Counted from the first letter of the whole stretch, positions 44,952 to 56,752 are shown. The stretch: 63,997 bases of DNA, filler included, from Salisapilia sapeloensis CBS 127946 (GCA_023334545.1; 12 parts of 12 records of this genome joined end to end with filler, not necessarily neighbours in it), one strand, 5' to 3'. The notes: generated by a model from the letters alone, not told the origin. Program-made: numbers and translations.

Positions 44952-45974
44952 ATGGCGGATCCAGCAGCAACCGTGGCTGCGGGTGCGGCCCCTGGGGGTA
45001 CTATTTTTGATCGGGCGAACTTCCCGCATCTGAGCGACATCGAGTGGAGCGCGCTCGGCAGGATGGCCGAGCGTACGGGAAATGAAGCTTTGGGTTTCCT
45101 GCTCTCTAATGGCACGGAAGCGGACCACCGTGCGGCGGCGGTTAATTGGCTCGCAGGAGAAGCGACCGCCGCGAGGACGCAGCCGCCACCGGCGGTTGCC
45201 AGAAACATCGTGAAGTTGGAGGTCTCTCCTTACGGAGGCGAAGGAGGCATGCCTTTACAGCGTTGGTTTGTTGAAGTGGAAACCGCAATCAACGCGCGAC
45301 AACTAACCGACCCCGCCATGCAAGTTATGTTCATGATGTCCTGTTTAAAGGGCCAGGCGAAGAACTGGGCGTTTGGGCGCCGTCTTGCCGAGCCCGGATG
45401 TTTCCCGACTCCTGACAACCTGAAACTGGAGTTGGAAACCACGTTTGACCCGCCGGAAAACGAGATGAGAATCCGTTCCGATCTCCTTAAGCTAAAGCAA
45501 GGCCGTATGAACCTCAATGATTACTGTCAGAAGGCTCGCTATATGGTATCATGCTTGCGTACGGCTCCCTTGGACATGGCAACCCAGGTCATTGTCTTCA
45601 TACAAGGCTTGAAGGACGGCCCCGTTAAGGTGGAATGTTTCCGGCAGCGCCCTCCGACACTTGAGGACGCAATCAAGCTAGCGCTGCGTGAAGAATATAC
45701 GCAGCGCCAAGCATATGGTGGTCAGATACCAAGCTGGTTCGGTCACCCTTCGGGTGTAGGCAGCGGTCCTGAGCCGATGCAAGTGGATGCGATGGCTACG
45801 GACCAACGTCCGCAGCAGCGCGTTGGGAACTTCCAACGCAAGAAAGCGGTCACTTGTCATCGGTGCCAGAAACATGGCCACTATGCCAAGGATTGCCGAG
45901 CGCCTTCACCAGTCTCTGTCAATGTTGTGGACGGAGACGATACTGTGTCTAACCCAAATGGGGACGACCAGTAG
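44952..45974 (+). CDS. gag: Gypsy Gag
   Basis: Capsid-like Y.GEGGMPLQRWFVEVE...LKGQAKNW, PEPMQVDA and knuckle CHRCQKHGHYAKDC. Confidence 0.93.
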   Translation: MADPAATVAAGAAPGGTIFDRANFPHLSDIEWSALGRMAERTGNEALGFLLSNGTEADHRAAAVNWLAGEATAARTQPPPAVARNIVKLEVSPYGGEGGMPLQRWFVEVETAINARQLTDPAMQVMFMMSCLKGQAKNWAFGRRLAEPGCFPTPDNLKLELETTFDPPENEMRIRSDLLKLKQGRMNLNDYCQKARYMVSCLRTAPLDMATQVIVFIQGLKDGPVKVECFRQRPPTLEDAIKLALREEYTQRQAYGGQIPSWFGHPSGVGSGPEPMQVDAMATDQRPQQRVGNFQRKKAVTCHRCQKHGHYAKDCRAPSPVSVNVVDGDDTVSNPNGDDQ

Positions 45975-46831
45975 GTGCCGGGCCTACTACTGGTCAGCGA
46001 AGAGAGTCGAGGAACGTGGCACCTCACTCTTCTGGCCCACAACCGCACGAGGTGCGATTACAAGCCACTACTACTCGTGGAGACGATCGACTAATCATCA
46101 TCGATCTTCACGTTGCAGGTGGCGCGCGAAAACTCCGCGCGCTTATCGACTCTGGCGCGACGAACAATTTCGTTCGTTCTCAGAGTCTACAGTTCTTGCC
46201 CCCAGGAACTATTGTAAAGGAAGGACCGGCTGAAGTCATCGTCCGAATGGCGGACGGAAAGCCGCGGAGATTCCCGCGGCGAGAAGTCAACCTGAAGTAT
46301 CGTTTCGATGACTTTGTCGGTAAGGATGACTTCCTCGTCGTTGAGCTCGACGAGAAGTTTGATGTTATTCTTGGGATGCCATGGTTATTGCGGCATCAGC
46401 CTAACATCAACTGGCTTACGAAGTCCATCCAGAAGAAGAAGAGGTTGAACGTGGATCAAGTGTGCTCCATATTGCACTCTCTTCCAACGGACTGGCGTGA
46501 TGTGTCCGTTGTCGACCCTTCCTATCACGCATCCCCATTCGATGCCTCTCCAGAGAGCGATGGCCCTGCACACATCGAATGGCAATCCGCCAAGTCTACG
46601 TCCGGGCGTCGGACGTCTAGAAGCCAGTCGCGGCCCACAAAAACACGCAAGGGTGGATCCTTTCGTTCCCCGAATCGTTTTGCAGCCTTATCAGCGGATG
46701 AAGGACTGGACGATGTGGCCGCGTCTGAAAATCAGACGCCAAAGAGAAGCGTCGCCATTGTGGGCGACACAGTTGTGAAATCCTCAGCGGAGGTCGCGTC
46801 GGGAAAACCGACGCGTACGAGTAAGGCGACC
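45953..46831 (+). CDS. pol: Gypsy Pol N-terminus (aspartic protease), -1 frame relative to gag, 3' truncated
   Basis: The frame opens after TAA at 45950-45952. Motifs ALIDSGATNNFV and FDVILGMPWL. Confidence 0.9.
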
Positions 46832-47579
46832 NNNNNNNNNNNNNNNNNNNNNNNNNNNNNNNNNNNNNNNNNNNNTTAATTAATTAANNNNNNNNNNNNN
46901 NNNNNNNNNNNNNNNNNNNNNNNNNNNNNNNCCATGTTTATGTATCGATTTCCCGGCAAGGCGACCTCATTTGCAGCAATACGTTTGTAGCCATGCCCTG
47001 AAATTTCGACTTGCAGGGGGTGATGAAAATGGATGGATCAAGTGGTAGAAGGGTCTTTGGACGCAGTTTGGACACGACTGGAAAAGTTGCAGGTGAGCCC
47101 TTTCTATCTCCTCCCCGTGTCTTTTACAACAAATAGACTCCACATCCTAGTGCGTAGGCTTTTGTGCGCACTAGACTCAGGTACTGCAGAGTATATAGAC
47201 CAATCTAGAGTGATTGTGTCACAAAAGCTGTCGGTTTTTCTGTCAACATACATGCTATACATATATATGTAAGAGACTAGCATATGGAGTGGCGTCAGAA
47301 GAGAGCCAGACCTGGGTTGAGAGCTTGTTTCCCCTGCGCGAGAGGGCTCACTCCTCGATATTTCTGACTTCGCCTACGTCCTTTGTCTGATCAGCACAGG
47401 AATACGGGAATATGGGAATATACACGTTTGAAAGTCTCAACTTGTTCAATTACTTTAAATCTAAACTTCTACAAGTCTACAATGGTAACTTGGGCCACAA
47501 TATATGACCATGTGGAACGATTGCGTGTCGTTGATTTCTTCCATCGTCTCAAGATGGCCATCACGTCTGGGTGAACACC

Positions 47580-49235
47580 ATGGCAAGCAAGCGGCCGACA
47601 ACAAGCAAGCGGCCGACAACAAGCAAGCGACCGACAACAAGCGAGCTGCGCGAGACCAAGCGCACGAAGACGGCGGACGCCGACCCGGGTTACACGGTGA
47701 CGCTGGACGGCGATGGATACACCGACGTTGACAAGCTCTTTCGGGATCCTCGTCTCCGAGCATACTTCAAGAAGACCTACTCGCGCTCCGTCCGAGCCTT
47801 CATCGAGGCGGAGGATCTCCAAGTCGCAATCGTGTCGAAGCGTAACGTGACGGACGGGACGTTCGTGACCAAGTCTTCGTTCAGCACCAAGAACGACGTC
47901 CGCCTCTTCAAGACTGACGACCGCATCGCAGGGATTATCGCGACCGCGGGCGATGCGTCTCTCCCTCTGGCCCCACCTGTGATTGACGACCTCGTCTTCT
48001 TCAGGGACAAGGCGGGGAAAGAATACCATGTCGAGATGCGGGGCGAGCGCACGATCGAGGGCATCTTGCTCAAGGCGAAGGACGTCGGAAGGGCGCTGCA
48101 GAGCGAACACCTTGTGGAAACAATCCTCGACGCACGCAACGCTTACGTCCAAGCAAGCGACTACATCCAGTTTGCTCTGCTTAGTCCTGTATTACACAAA
48201 ACTAAGCAGCGCACCATCATGAGTGATGGTCACGACGGCAGGAGTGACGGTCGCTCCCAAGCTTCCCGCCGCGCCAGCAAGGCCGTGTTTTTGACTTTTG
48301 CTGGCTTGATGCACACGTTGCACTGCACGCGCTCGCCCGTGGCGGAGGAGTTTCGGGTATGGGTCTATTACCACGTCTTTGCGATCGCGTACGGGACGCC
48401 TGCGCAGAAGAATGAGATGGTGAACCAGCTCTGCCGGGTGGACAAGAGGTTTCTCAACGCCTTCATGCGGCTCGTTCAGAACGACATTGCGTGTCTGTAC
48501 CTGGTTGACACGACCATGCGCGAGAACGGCAAGAAGGTCTACAAGTTCGGCCGTTCGAAGAAGTTGAAGGAGCGGTTCAACGATCATTGTTCGACGTTTG
48601 GGGATGAAGCCGTTCTCGACACGATGGTCTTCGTCCCACCCGACGAGTTGAGCGCTGCTGAGAAGGAATTGAGCGATTTGGTCCAGGAGCATCGGTTTCA
48701 CGACGGCTACTCGCGTGAGTTGCTTCTCCTGGATCGCAGTGGTCGGGACGATGTGCGTAAGACGATGCAAAGTATTGCCGACATGTACAACGGAAGCGTT
48801 CTCCTTCACCTATCCGAGATCAAGGAGAAGGAAGACGAGTTCAAGCGAACGATAGCTGAGAAAGACTGCGAGATCAAGATGAAGCAGCAGGAGATGGCCG
48901 CGATGGAGAAGCAGTTCGGTCTCGAGACGGCCGCGATGGAGGAGCAGTTCGGTTTCAAGATGCGCACCTCAACATTGGAGTACGAGATACACTTCAAGGA
49001 CTTGAAACAAATCATCAAGGCCCTCGAAGTGCACAGCGAGAATCTGATTGCCGAGAAGCGCGCAGAAAGCCAAGCGCTGCAGCAGCAACTCGAGAATCAA
49101 GGGGTCAATTTCCAGCTTCGCACGCAGCTGCTCAAGGCAGAGCACTCCAGCGCGATTGCCGAAAAGAACCGACGCATTGCGGAGCTGGAAGAAGCCAACC
49201 GGCGTCTGAGCAAGAACTTCCGGGAAATCGCGTGA
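47580..49235 (+). CDS. Virus-type protein: Bro-N-like DNA-binding region, GIY-YIG (T5orf172/MUG113-like) region, coiled coil
   Basis: Intronless and GC3-rich. Motifs APP...FFRD..G..YHVEMRGER...LKAKDVGR, VFLTFAGL.......RS..AEEFRVW and CLYL....VYKFGRSKKLKERF..H...F; heptad-rich C-terminus; (SKRPTT)x3 at the N-terminus. Confidence 0.8.
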   Translation: MASKRPTTSKRPTTSKRPTTSELRETKRTKTADADPGYTVTLDGDGYTDVDKLFRDPRLRAYFKKTYSRSVRAFIEAEDLQVAIVSKRNVTDGTFVTKSSFSTKNDVRLFKTDDRIAGIIATAGDASLPLAPPVIDDLVFFRDKAGKEYHVEMRGERTIEGILLKAKDVGRALQSEHLVETILDARNAYVQASDYIQFALLSPVLHKTKQRTIMSDGHDGRSDGRSQASRRASKAVFLTFAGLMHTLHCTRSPVAEEFRVWVYYHVFAIAYGTPAQKNEMVNQLCRVDKRFLNAFMRLVQNDIACLYLVDTTMRENGKKVYKFGRSKKLKERFNDHCSTFGDEAVLDTMVFVPPDELSAAEKELSDLVQEHRFHDGYSRELLLLDRSGRDDVRKTMQSIADMYNGSVLLHLSEIKEKEDEFKRTIAEKDCEIKMKQQEMAAMEKQFGLETAAMEEQFGFKMRTSTLEYEIHFKDLKQIIKALEVHSENLIAEKRAESQALQQQLENQGVNFQLRTQLLKAEHSSAIAEKNRRIAELEEANRRLSKNFREIA

Positions 49236-49955
49236 GAGGTACGTGTGGATATGTATTGAGCCTACACGCTTGATGCATGCATTAAAAAAAAGAAAAGTTG
49301 GTTCGGCGGAGATGCCTACATCCAACGACTCAGTCTAGACTTCTGCGATACGATCAGCAATATCTTGATTGCGAAGCTTGGCATATCTTTGTATCGCCAT
49401 CTGAACAATGTTCCGAGGGAGGTTCCATTGAATGTGGCTACGCTCGGTCAAACGCGTGGCAATGTTTTGGTGATGTGTCGCCACTGGGCCCCTCAATCAT
49501 CTCTTAGGAGAGTCGACCGATTGGCGTTGCACCATCAGCATTTTTTAAAAGTTGGCGACAAGGTCGAGGAGGTCGATCGGGAGTTTACAGTGGAAGAATA
49601 TTTTTTCTACGATGCGTGTGTTTTGTGCTAGAGACGAAATTGTATATCTCGAAATTGAACCAACAACTTTTTTTAGAAGTGGTGCCAAACGATGCGCAAT
49701 GGTCCACTTGGTGGGGTCAAACGTGTTCGTAATGCGTGAAAAGTTGTGTGTGGCGCGTTATATGAGCTTTTGTATAGTATACAAAGATCAAGTATAAATG
49801 TCAAGAGTCCTATTTTTTGAATTTGTGTATATGTTTCACTGGGCCACTGACGGCAAGTGTATATGTCTGACAGAGGCTTGTAGGCACGTATGGTACAGCC
49901 ATGGATTGTGGAAAGACTATAGGTAGACTATTTGTTAAGTGATCTGACCCGATAG

Positions 49956-50234
49956 TGTAACGGGACACGGTTCTTCTCTATCTCCAGGGGAAGGAAAGAC
50001 AGAGATATCCAAATGGGTCCTAAAAGGTATCCGAAGCTCGGCGGCAAGGAGGAAGGTACTTGAGTAGTAGAAAGCAAATTGCAACTGAATTGGAAATGGT
50101 AGTAGAATCTACTCTTTCCCTGGTCTTGATTGAAATCCTCCTACAAATTGCTAAATCTTCTTTGCAAGCAAAGTGGAAGCGAAAGTAATAAAGCGGTAAC
50201 TCTATTACAGGCGAGGGCAGTTGAGGGTTGGATC
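49956..50234 (+). mobile_element. Probable 5' end of a Gypsy LTR (truncated by the spacer)
   Basis: Begins TGTAACGGGAC, which is the reverse complement (1 mismatch) of the LTR end GTCCCGTAACA at 44909-44919. No polypurine tract lies upstream. Confidence 0.5.
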
Positions 50235-50334
50235 NNNNNNNNNNNNNNNNNNNNNNNNNNNNNNNNNNNNNNNNNNNNTTAATTAATTAANNNNNNNNNN
50301 NNNNNNNNNNNNNNNNNNNNNNNNNNNNNNNNNN

Positions 50335-50617
50335 GCTGTACGAGCAGTTGGTGGGTCGCATCACGTCGAACTTTGAGGACATTCCGGGTCCGTGCGAGCT
50401 GGGTTCGGTGCCGAACGCGAACGACTTGGGGCAGCAGCAGCCTCAGGAAGCATCTCACCAGGCTCCTCCGGCACCGTCTAATGCCAATGAGATGGGCGTG
50501 CAGCAAGCGCTTGGTCCTGACGGAAAGCCGCTGACGTTCAACAAGTTCATTGGCTACACTTACAAGCGGAAGCCGAAAGTCCGTACCGGTCTGGATGACG
50601 TGCAATTTAAAAAGTAG
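50335..50617 (+). CDS. 3' end of an NDR/LATS-type AGC kinase, copy A (5' truncated)
   Basis: LYEQLVGRITSNFEDIP...FIGYTYKRKPK contains the AGC C-tail TSNF motif and the NDR-type hydrophobic motif FxxYTYKR. Confidence 0.72.
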
Positions 50618-51197
50618 ATTATTATTTTCAGTATACTAAGTTTCAGTTTGGAGTTCATCATGTCTTTGCGTCTACCTTGCATAGACTTGCATTCACAAGG
50701 CCAAAGACTACGATCCATGCTGCGTTGTAACATTTATATTCGATCGACTGTTATCAAGAGAAATGTGAGCAAAGTTGGTAAGTATTCTATCAGCTTGAAG
50801 TTAAGTAGAAGTTAGCTTCAAAGTTGAGCACGAGCTTCGACAAGTGGTCTTGAATACGACAGCAGGTTAGAGGCATGCTTACTGACAGTCTATCCTATAG
50901 CTAGCTTAGGAATTTCACTTTCAGTGTTAGTAGAGGACGAAACTTTTGCAAAATAGCAGTTGCGTGACGAGCTCACGCGAAGCAGAAGATGGATCTATGT
51001 TTGGTCCATCAATACGCTGGATTTCCACAGAGTAAACGACTAAGAAGACTTGCATAAATATAGTCTTATGAGTAGCGATGCAAGGCGCATATGACCTTCT
51101 GGCGTTTTTGGGTACGGATGCTGAGGAAAGTAAAACGGCTTAATCTAAATGATAAAAACCGAGAGCTATTTTCAGGCTACTTTGCTTCGTGAGACGA

Positions 51198-53467
51198 ATG
51201 AATCGAAGAACGAGGGGTATTGATCCAGAGTTATTCGCTCGAGTAGATGGTCCGACGTACCCAAATACTCCTGCGTCGTCGTATTCTGGTGCCTCAAGAT
51301 CACTTGAACTACCACATCGAGAGATTCAAGGAGGTTACGGCCAGCATCCAAACGGAAGTTATGGAAACAAAGAACGTGACCGTCAGTACTCGGAGCAATT
51401 TATGCTTGACAGTCTAGACTCGAACCAAGTCACTCAGAACCCTGTGACGGAGCTATCACTTGAACTGGACCATATCACTGGATACACAGGAAGAGCGAAG
51501 AGCACTCTGCATGCTCATCCGAGCAATCCGGAACTCTATATTGCCAGGTCGGTTGGCTATTCTTAGTGTTTTAGTCCGAATTTTAATATTGTACATGGTC
51601 AGTATGGGCTCTGCTGTTGTCGTCGGCAATATACACGACAACCAAAACCAAGCGCTTTTACGTTGTCATACGGAAGAGGTCAATTATGTGACGGTGTCGT
51701 ATTCGGGAATCTTACTTGCGTCAGCTCAAGTTGCCACCAAGGTCGAACATGTTCATAAATATGTTTCTGTGCACGTTAATAGCTTTTACTGCATGTAGGA
51801 TCACAGTGCTCTGGTGGTTGTATGGGACCTTCGTTCTCAGTGTGAACAGTATCAGCTATCGGGCCTTCATGGGTCTGTTGCTAGACTTGCATTTTCACCT
51901 GACGACCACTTCTTAGCTGCTGCAGGAGAGGGTGGTGACCTCATTATTTATGATACAAAGGTTAGTCTTCGTGCTTATCTTTGTCTTCATTGAGCTAAGC
52001 CTTATATCATCGCCAATCTTGTAGACAGCTGAAATTGCAGTGTCTAAGTGTCTTCCGTCCACCGTTACAGTTTTAAATTGGGGACAAATGGAGGAGAAAT
52101 GCCGCCGTCCAAAGTATGCAGTGTTGATGGCACACTCGAGTCAGATGCTGTACGGCGAACTTGCCTTCGACATCAGTGCCATGCAGTACAAGCTAGAGTT
52201 ATCGCCATGTAGCATGCCGAATACAGGCTTGACAAGAACGTATCTATCAGCTGCCTTTACAAGCTCCACGAATGAGTATTTGGTAGGTTCCGAGTCCGGA
52301 GAAATTGTTCGCTTCAACCTTGACGGCAAAGTCTATCGAGATGCGATTCCTATCTCTAGCAATGGCGTTCATAGCATGGCTTCATGCTTTGCCACAGGTC
52401 ACTTGTACATTGGCGCAGGAGACGGTGTACTCAAGAAACTTGGTTGGAAAGAATCGCAACTGATCTTGATAGCTCAAGTGCAGCTGGTGGGTGGTATTCT
52501 AAGTCTCTCTGTAACCAAAGATGGTCTACATCTCTTTGCTGGCACTTCTGCGGGCAAAATTTATCGCCTCGATGCGTCGACTCTTTCTCCTCAAGAGCTG
52601 GCAAGTAGCCATCTTGGTTCTGTTACATGCTGTGCGTTTGGAAACTCAAATGACAAGGTTGCTACGATTTCTACCGATGGCACATTACGCATATGGGACT
52701 TGTCATCGTACACAGTATCCGCTATGGCAAGTGAGGCATCTACCGGCCTTTGTGCAGCCTGGGAAGGCAACCTAATAATATGTGGTTGGGCCGACGGATG
52801 GTTACGCGCTTATGATGCTACCTCAGCGAAACTAAAATGGCACATCGCAAATGCGCATCGAAGCCAAGTTACCAGTGTAGCAATGAATGACAAGTACCTT
52901 GTCAGTGGCGCTGGCGATGGTGGTGTCAATATTTGGTCATTATCGTCGAGAGAGCTACTGCTGCAATTCCATGAGCACAAGCGTAGTGTGAGTCAAGTGC
53001 TCATCGATGTTGGCAAGCCACATATCGTGCATTCATGTGGATTGGACAAAGCTGTGTTCATATACGACATTAAGAGCGAGAGAAGAGTCTTTGCGCAGCA
53101 AGTACGAGAAGGAGCTTTCTGCGGCATGACACAAAGGCTGGATAGTGAGACGGAGATTGTAACAGCAGGGGCAGATGGGCGTCTTCTTTTCTGGGATTGC
53201 GATGTCGTGGATCCCGTCGCACAGATTGTCGATACGTCTCGCTTACGACTTACTTCCGCTAGCATATCACCGTCAGGCCGGTATCTAGCTACATGCGGAG
53301 AAGACTGCCGAGTCAAAGTGTACGACGTTCATTCCATGACTCTTATCGTATCCGTTCGAGGGCATTCTCAGACGATTAACTTTATCTCGTGGAGTCCAGA
53401 TGAAAGACAAGTCATTACTGTTGGTAGTGACTCGTGCATCTGTGTCTGGAACGTATATCAAGATTAA
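51198..53467 (+). CDS. CFAP52/WDR16-like WD40 flagellar protein (multi-exon)
   Basis: LELDHITGYTG...HAHP at the N-terminus, many GH..WD repeats, and an end GHSQTINFISWSPDERQVITVGSDSCICVWN. Several short GT-AG introns lie in 51549-52024. Start is uncertain. Confidence 0.8.
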
Positions 53468-53582
53468 TTATCTTCAATTGATAAAAGTTCTCATTTTCGT
53501 TTATAAAGTTGGCGTAGACGACCAAAGTGACTATGCAAATAGTATCTTCGTAACACCACCACTAACCACTTGCCAGTGACTC

Positions 53583-53865
53583 CTATTCATCCGAGAACAT
53601 GCCATTCAATGCCACTCGTGCCTTTGGCTTTCGTTTGTAAGTATAGCCGGCAAACTTATTCAGGCTCAATGGTCTACCATCCGGTCCTAGCAATGGTTGG
53701 ACACCATCGCCATTTGCGTTGGAAGGTGCCGGAGGAGCCTGGTGAGATGCTTCCTGAGGCTGCTGCTGCCCCAAGTCGTTCGCGTTCGGCACCGAACCCA
53801 GCTCGCACGGACCCGGAATGTCCTCAAAGTTCGACGTGATGCGACCCACCAACTGCTCGTACAGC
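53583..53865 (-). CDS. 3' end of an NDR/LATS-type AGC kinase, copy B (5' truncated)
   Basis: 53725-53865 is the exact reverse complement of 50335-50475. The tail ...FAGYTYKRKPKARVALNGMFSDE differs from copy A. Confidence 0.72.
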
Positions 53866-55091
53866 NNNNNNNNNNNNNNNNNNNNNNNNNNNNNNNNNNN
53901 NNNNNNNNNTTAATTAATTAANNNNNNNNNNNNNNNNNNNNNNNNNNNNNNNNNNNNNNNNNNNNAAACCGAAGCATATCGGGTGTATTGCTTGCTCGGA
54001 GCAAATTGAGTTCTGGTCATCTCGAATATGGTCAAACCGCTAGTCGTCTAGCGAGTATCCCCTAGCTGCTGACAGATCATGGACACCTCATTCCCAGCCA
54101 CGCCATGTCATTCACTTAATGGTCGAATGACACGAGGAGATATCGAGCAAAAATTTGGGAAGTAAAAGGCTCATTCGGCAATGATGGGAAGAGTAATAAG
54201 AAACGGGAACTCGCTCGTTAAGAACAGGCAGGTCCACTCTTATCGGTGAAAGTCTCACTTGGCAAAGAAGATGACAATCTCCCACTCGTGTCATGAGTCA
54301 CTCACGTTTCATATGTAGGGGTGCGTGTCTGCATTGAGAAGTACAGCACTTGGATAAAAAAAACGAAAATAGCATATAGTGTTTTGCATACTTTCAAGCT
54401 GCAACGTGGAGCACTCGTTCATGCCCCGTTCACACCACATCTGCCTCCGTAGTAGTACGTGTTCTGAGCTGTGGCTGATAGACTGCTCGACTGGTTCAAG
54501 TTGCAAAAGTGTTGTTTCGCATCTTCATCTACTGTCAAACGCAAATAGACGTCTCTCTATTCTTGCAATAGGGTCGCTCCGACGCTCGGAAGTCGATCGA
54601 ACATGGCGCAAAGTGAGCGAATGTGAATAGATCAATACAATGATGTTCTCAGTTCTGTTTGTACTCGAAACATGCAGTTACTGCAACGAGCTTAATCAAC
54701 CAGTGGACACGTGGGAAGACCACTCAAGCACTTGCCTCTGCGAAAGAATGTACTGACAATCCAAACAAGGTTCCTCTGTATTTGGTGTAGTGTACAGACT
54801 ATTAAGATGTACTCCGTAAAAATAAAGTCACATCATCGTACCTAGATGCCAAGTTATTAGTTCAGGATCGATACAAGCATCAGATAAGCAACCAAAGAAC
54901 TCTTAAAATGATTTCGTCGTTCCTACACGCCTGGACTTAGCTCTTATACGATCGACCTATAACACATCTAGACTAACAGTCATCCAAAGCGGTGGACATG
55001 TATTTTCATAAGGCAGCATTGATTTATCGATTACGCTCATTCACAAATAAGTCCTGGAACAGCGTACTTGTATAAAATCTTGATGTGCTGT

Positions 55092-55586
55092 TCATGATGT
55101 TATCTTACACCAACGGATGCCAACGAACTCGTCAACATTAAAGGTTGGGTCGCTCAGATCAACGTCTTGAGCTCGTCGGAGCATTTTGCGGTACTGGAGC
55201 GCTTTCTTGGCAAGGAGAGTGTTGTTGTTATTGGCTTTCGTGCACCGGTTCGGACGCTCGTCGGACAACTTTGAGCCATCTCGCTGCACGGTTTCTAGCA
55301 AGCGGTAAATGTTTCGCTTGGATCGCTCAGGAAGACCGTCTTTGGTGTAATTAATGACCATCTTTCTATGTGATGCACCTCTGCATCCGCCTCGCAATGA
55401 AGTGCCCTGAGCGCGACCATCACATCGTGCCATGGAGGACTGTAGGCGCTCGTCGTCGTTTGGGCTGATGGCGACAACTCGGACTGTTGACGCGAGCTTG
55501 CCATCACCTTGCGCGTGGTGTACAGACTCTTGGTCAGGCATCGTGAGCATCCTCAAGACCGAGTCGACGTCCAAGCTGCCCTTCAA
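55092..55586 (-). CDS. Hypothetical protein (possibly one exon of a larger gene)
   Basis: 164-aa open frame, the longest in a 4-kb gene-poor stretch; no recognisable motif. Confidence 0.3.
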   Translation of the reverse strand: MKGSLDVDSVLRMLTMPDQESVHHAQGDGKLASTVRVVAISPNDDERLQSSMARCDGRAQGTSLRGGCRGASHRKMVINYTKDGLPERSKRNIYRLLETVQRDGSKLSDERPNRCTKANNNNTLLAKKALQYRKMLRRAQDVDLSDPTFNVDEFVGIRWCKITS

Positions 55587-56752
55587 TGGTAACCGTGCGC
55601 TTTGTCGTAAGTGCTCGACCGCAGAATCAAAAATGAGACCTCAAAGACTGTCCATTCGATGGACGCTACATCGAGAGTACTTTGCTCCAGTATGCAATTG
55701 ATGCGACAATGGTTAGCGCTATGATGAGGAGAGAGACGGGAGAACAAAAGGATGGAAGAAACTAACCGTAAAGATATAAGGCAAACATTTCACAGAAGAA
55801 ACCGCAAAACTGGTAGCACATTTATCCTCGTGTTCACTATGATATTGTTGCACGATCGCTTTCCAACTCCTCTTTAATGGCGCGAAACGTCTACCTGCCT
55901 GACCTTTGGCATTATCTGTACTAGTATCAAACGCAGAAATTAAAACGGAGAAGCCTGGTTGCATGCGAGTAGGGTCGAGCTGTAAACATCAAACCTACTA
56001 CACGTCCTGATACTTTATATTTATCTCGCTCCATCTAGATTTACCTTCGTGTCTTACTATCTCGACGGATCCTATGGCATCACTACGTTAATTGGTACGA
56101 CAGCTCTTACGACCCACAGTCCATCAGCTAACAAGATCGTGCGGGAGATGCGGTGATACAATCGTTCGCTGTTTTCTTGGGAATAGAGCGAAACTGAGCG
56201 CAGAAAGAAAGGTGCAACAGTTGTACTTTCGCCGCACACGCGATGGCTTCTTGCATTTTAAATGAATTCACTACTGATTGGTGTTTCTAGTAACCGAAAT
56301 CGAAGGATATGGGCGAAGTCTTGGATTTGTACGAGCGGTTTGTTTCCAGCTATTCATAGAGCTTAACCCGTTTTTATGTTGTCAAGGAGAATATAGGAAG
56401 CATCCTTGTATGGGATTTAGATTCTGTACAGCGAAGGTGACATTTGTAGCTTTCTCTTGTGTGCAGTTTGCGGTATGGTGGAGCTGTATCACAGCATATG
56501 AATCTCGAGAAAATCGTGGATGTGATATTGGCAATAGGGCAAGATGGTTGCGCTATGTGGATCAATCAACGTTATACTTTAATACAGAAACTTTAATCGG
56601 TGCTGTCGACTCCTCCGCGTCGCTCCTCAGATCCAATGTATCGTGATTGATGTACTTCAAGTGACTCTATTCATCAATGGTATAGTAATGGCGCATTGAC
56701 TGTCCGAATGCACTTTGAGCTTACTGCTGAAATCGTATCCGGCTCTCTCACC

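Larger units (their letters stand above)
44783..46831 (+). mobile_element. Ty3/Gypsy LTR retrotransposon, 5' part (LTR end, putative PBS, gag, protease)
   Basis: LTR-like end ...GTCCCGTAACA at 44919, then TGGTAGCAC (putative PBS at 44922), a gag with a CCHC knuckle, and a pol with ALIDSGA. Confidence 0.93.

Noticed and set aside
45972-46094. Stop-codon readthrough at the gag TAG
   Set aside because: The gag frame hits TAA at 46092-46094 after 39 codons, and the protease is in the -1 frame.
49282-49297. A-rich run after the viral-type gene as a retrocopy poly(A) tail
   Set aside because: The run is short and interrupted, and no target-site duplication was found.
44783-50234. Viral-type gene as cargo inside the Gypsy element (gag-pol, then Bro/GIY-YIG gene, then LTR)
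   Set aside because: A spacer at 46832-46931 separates the contigs, and the LTR-like start at 49956 lacks an upstream polypurine tract, so it does not look like a 3' LTR.
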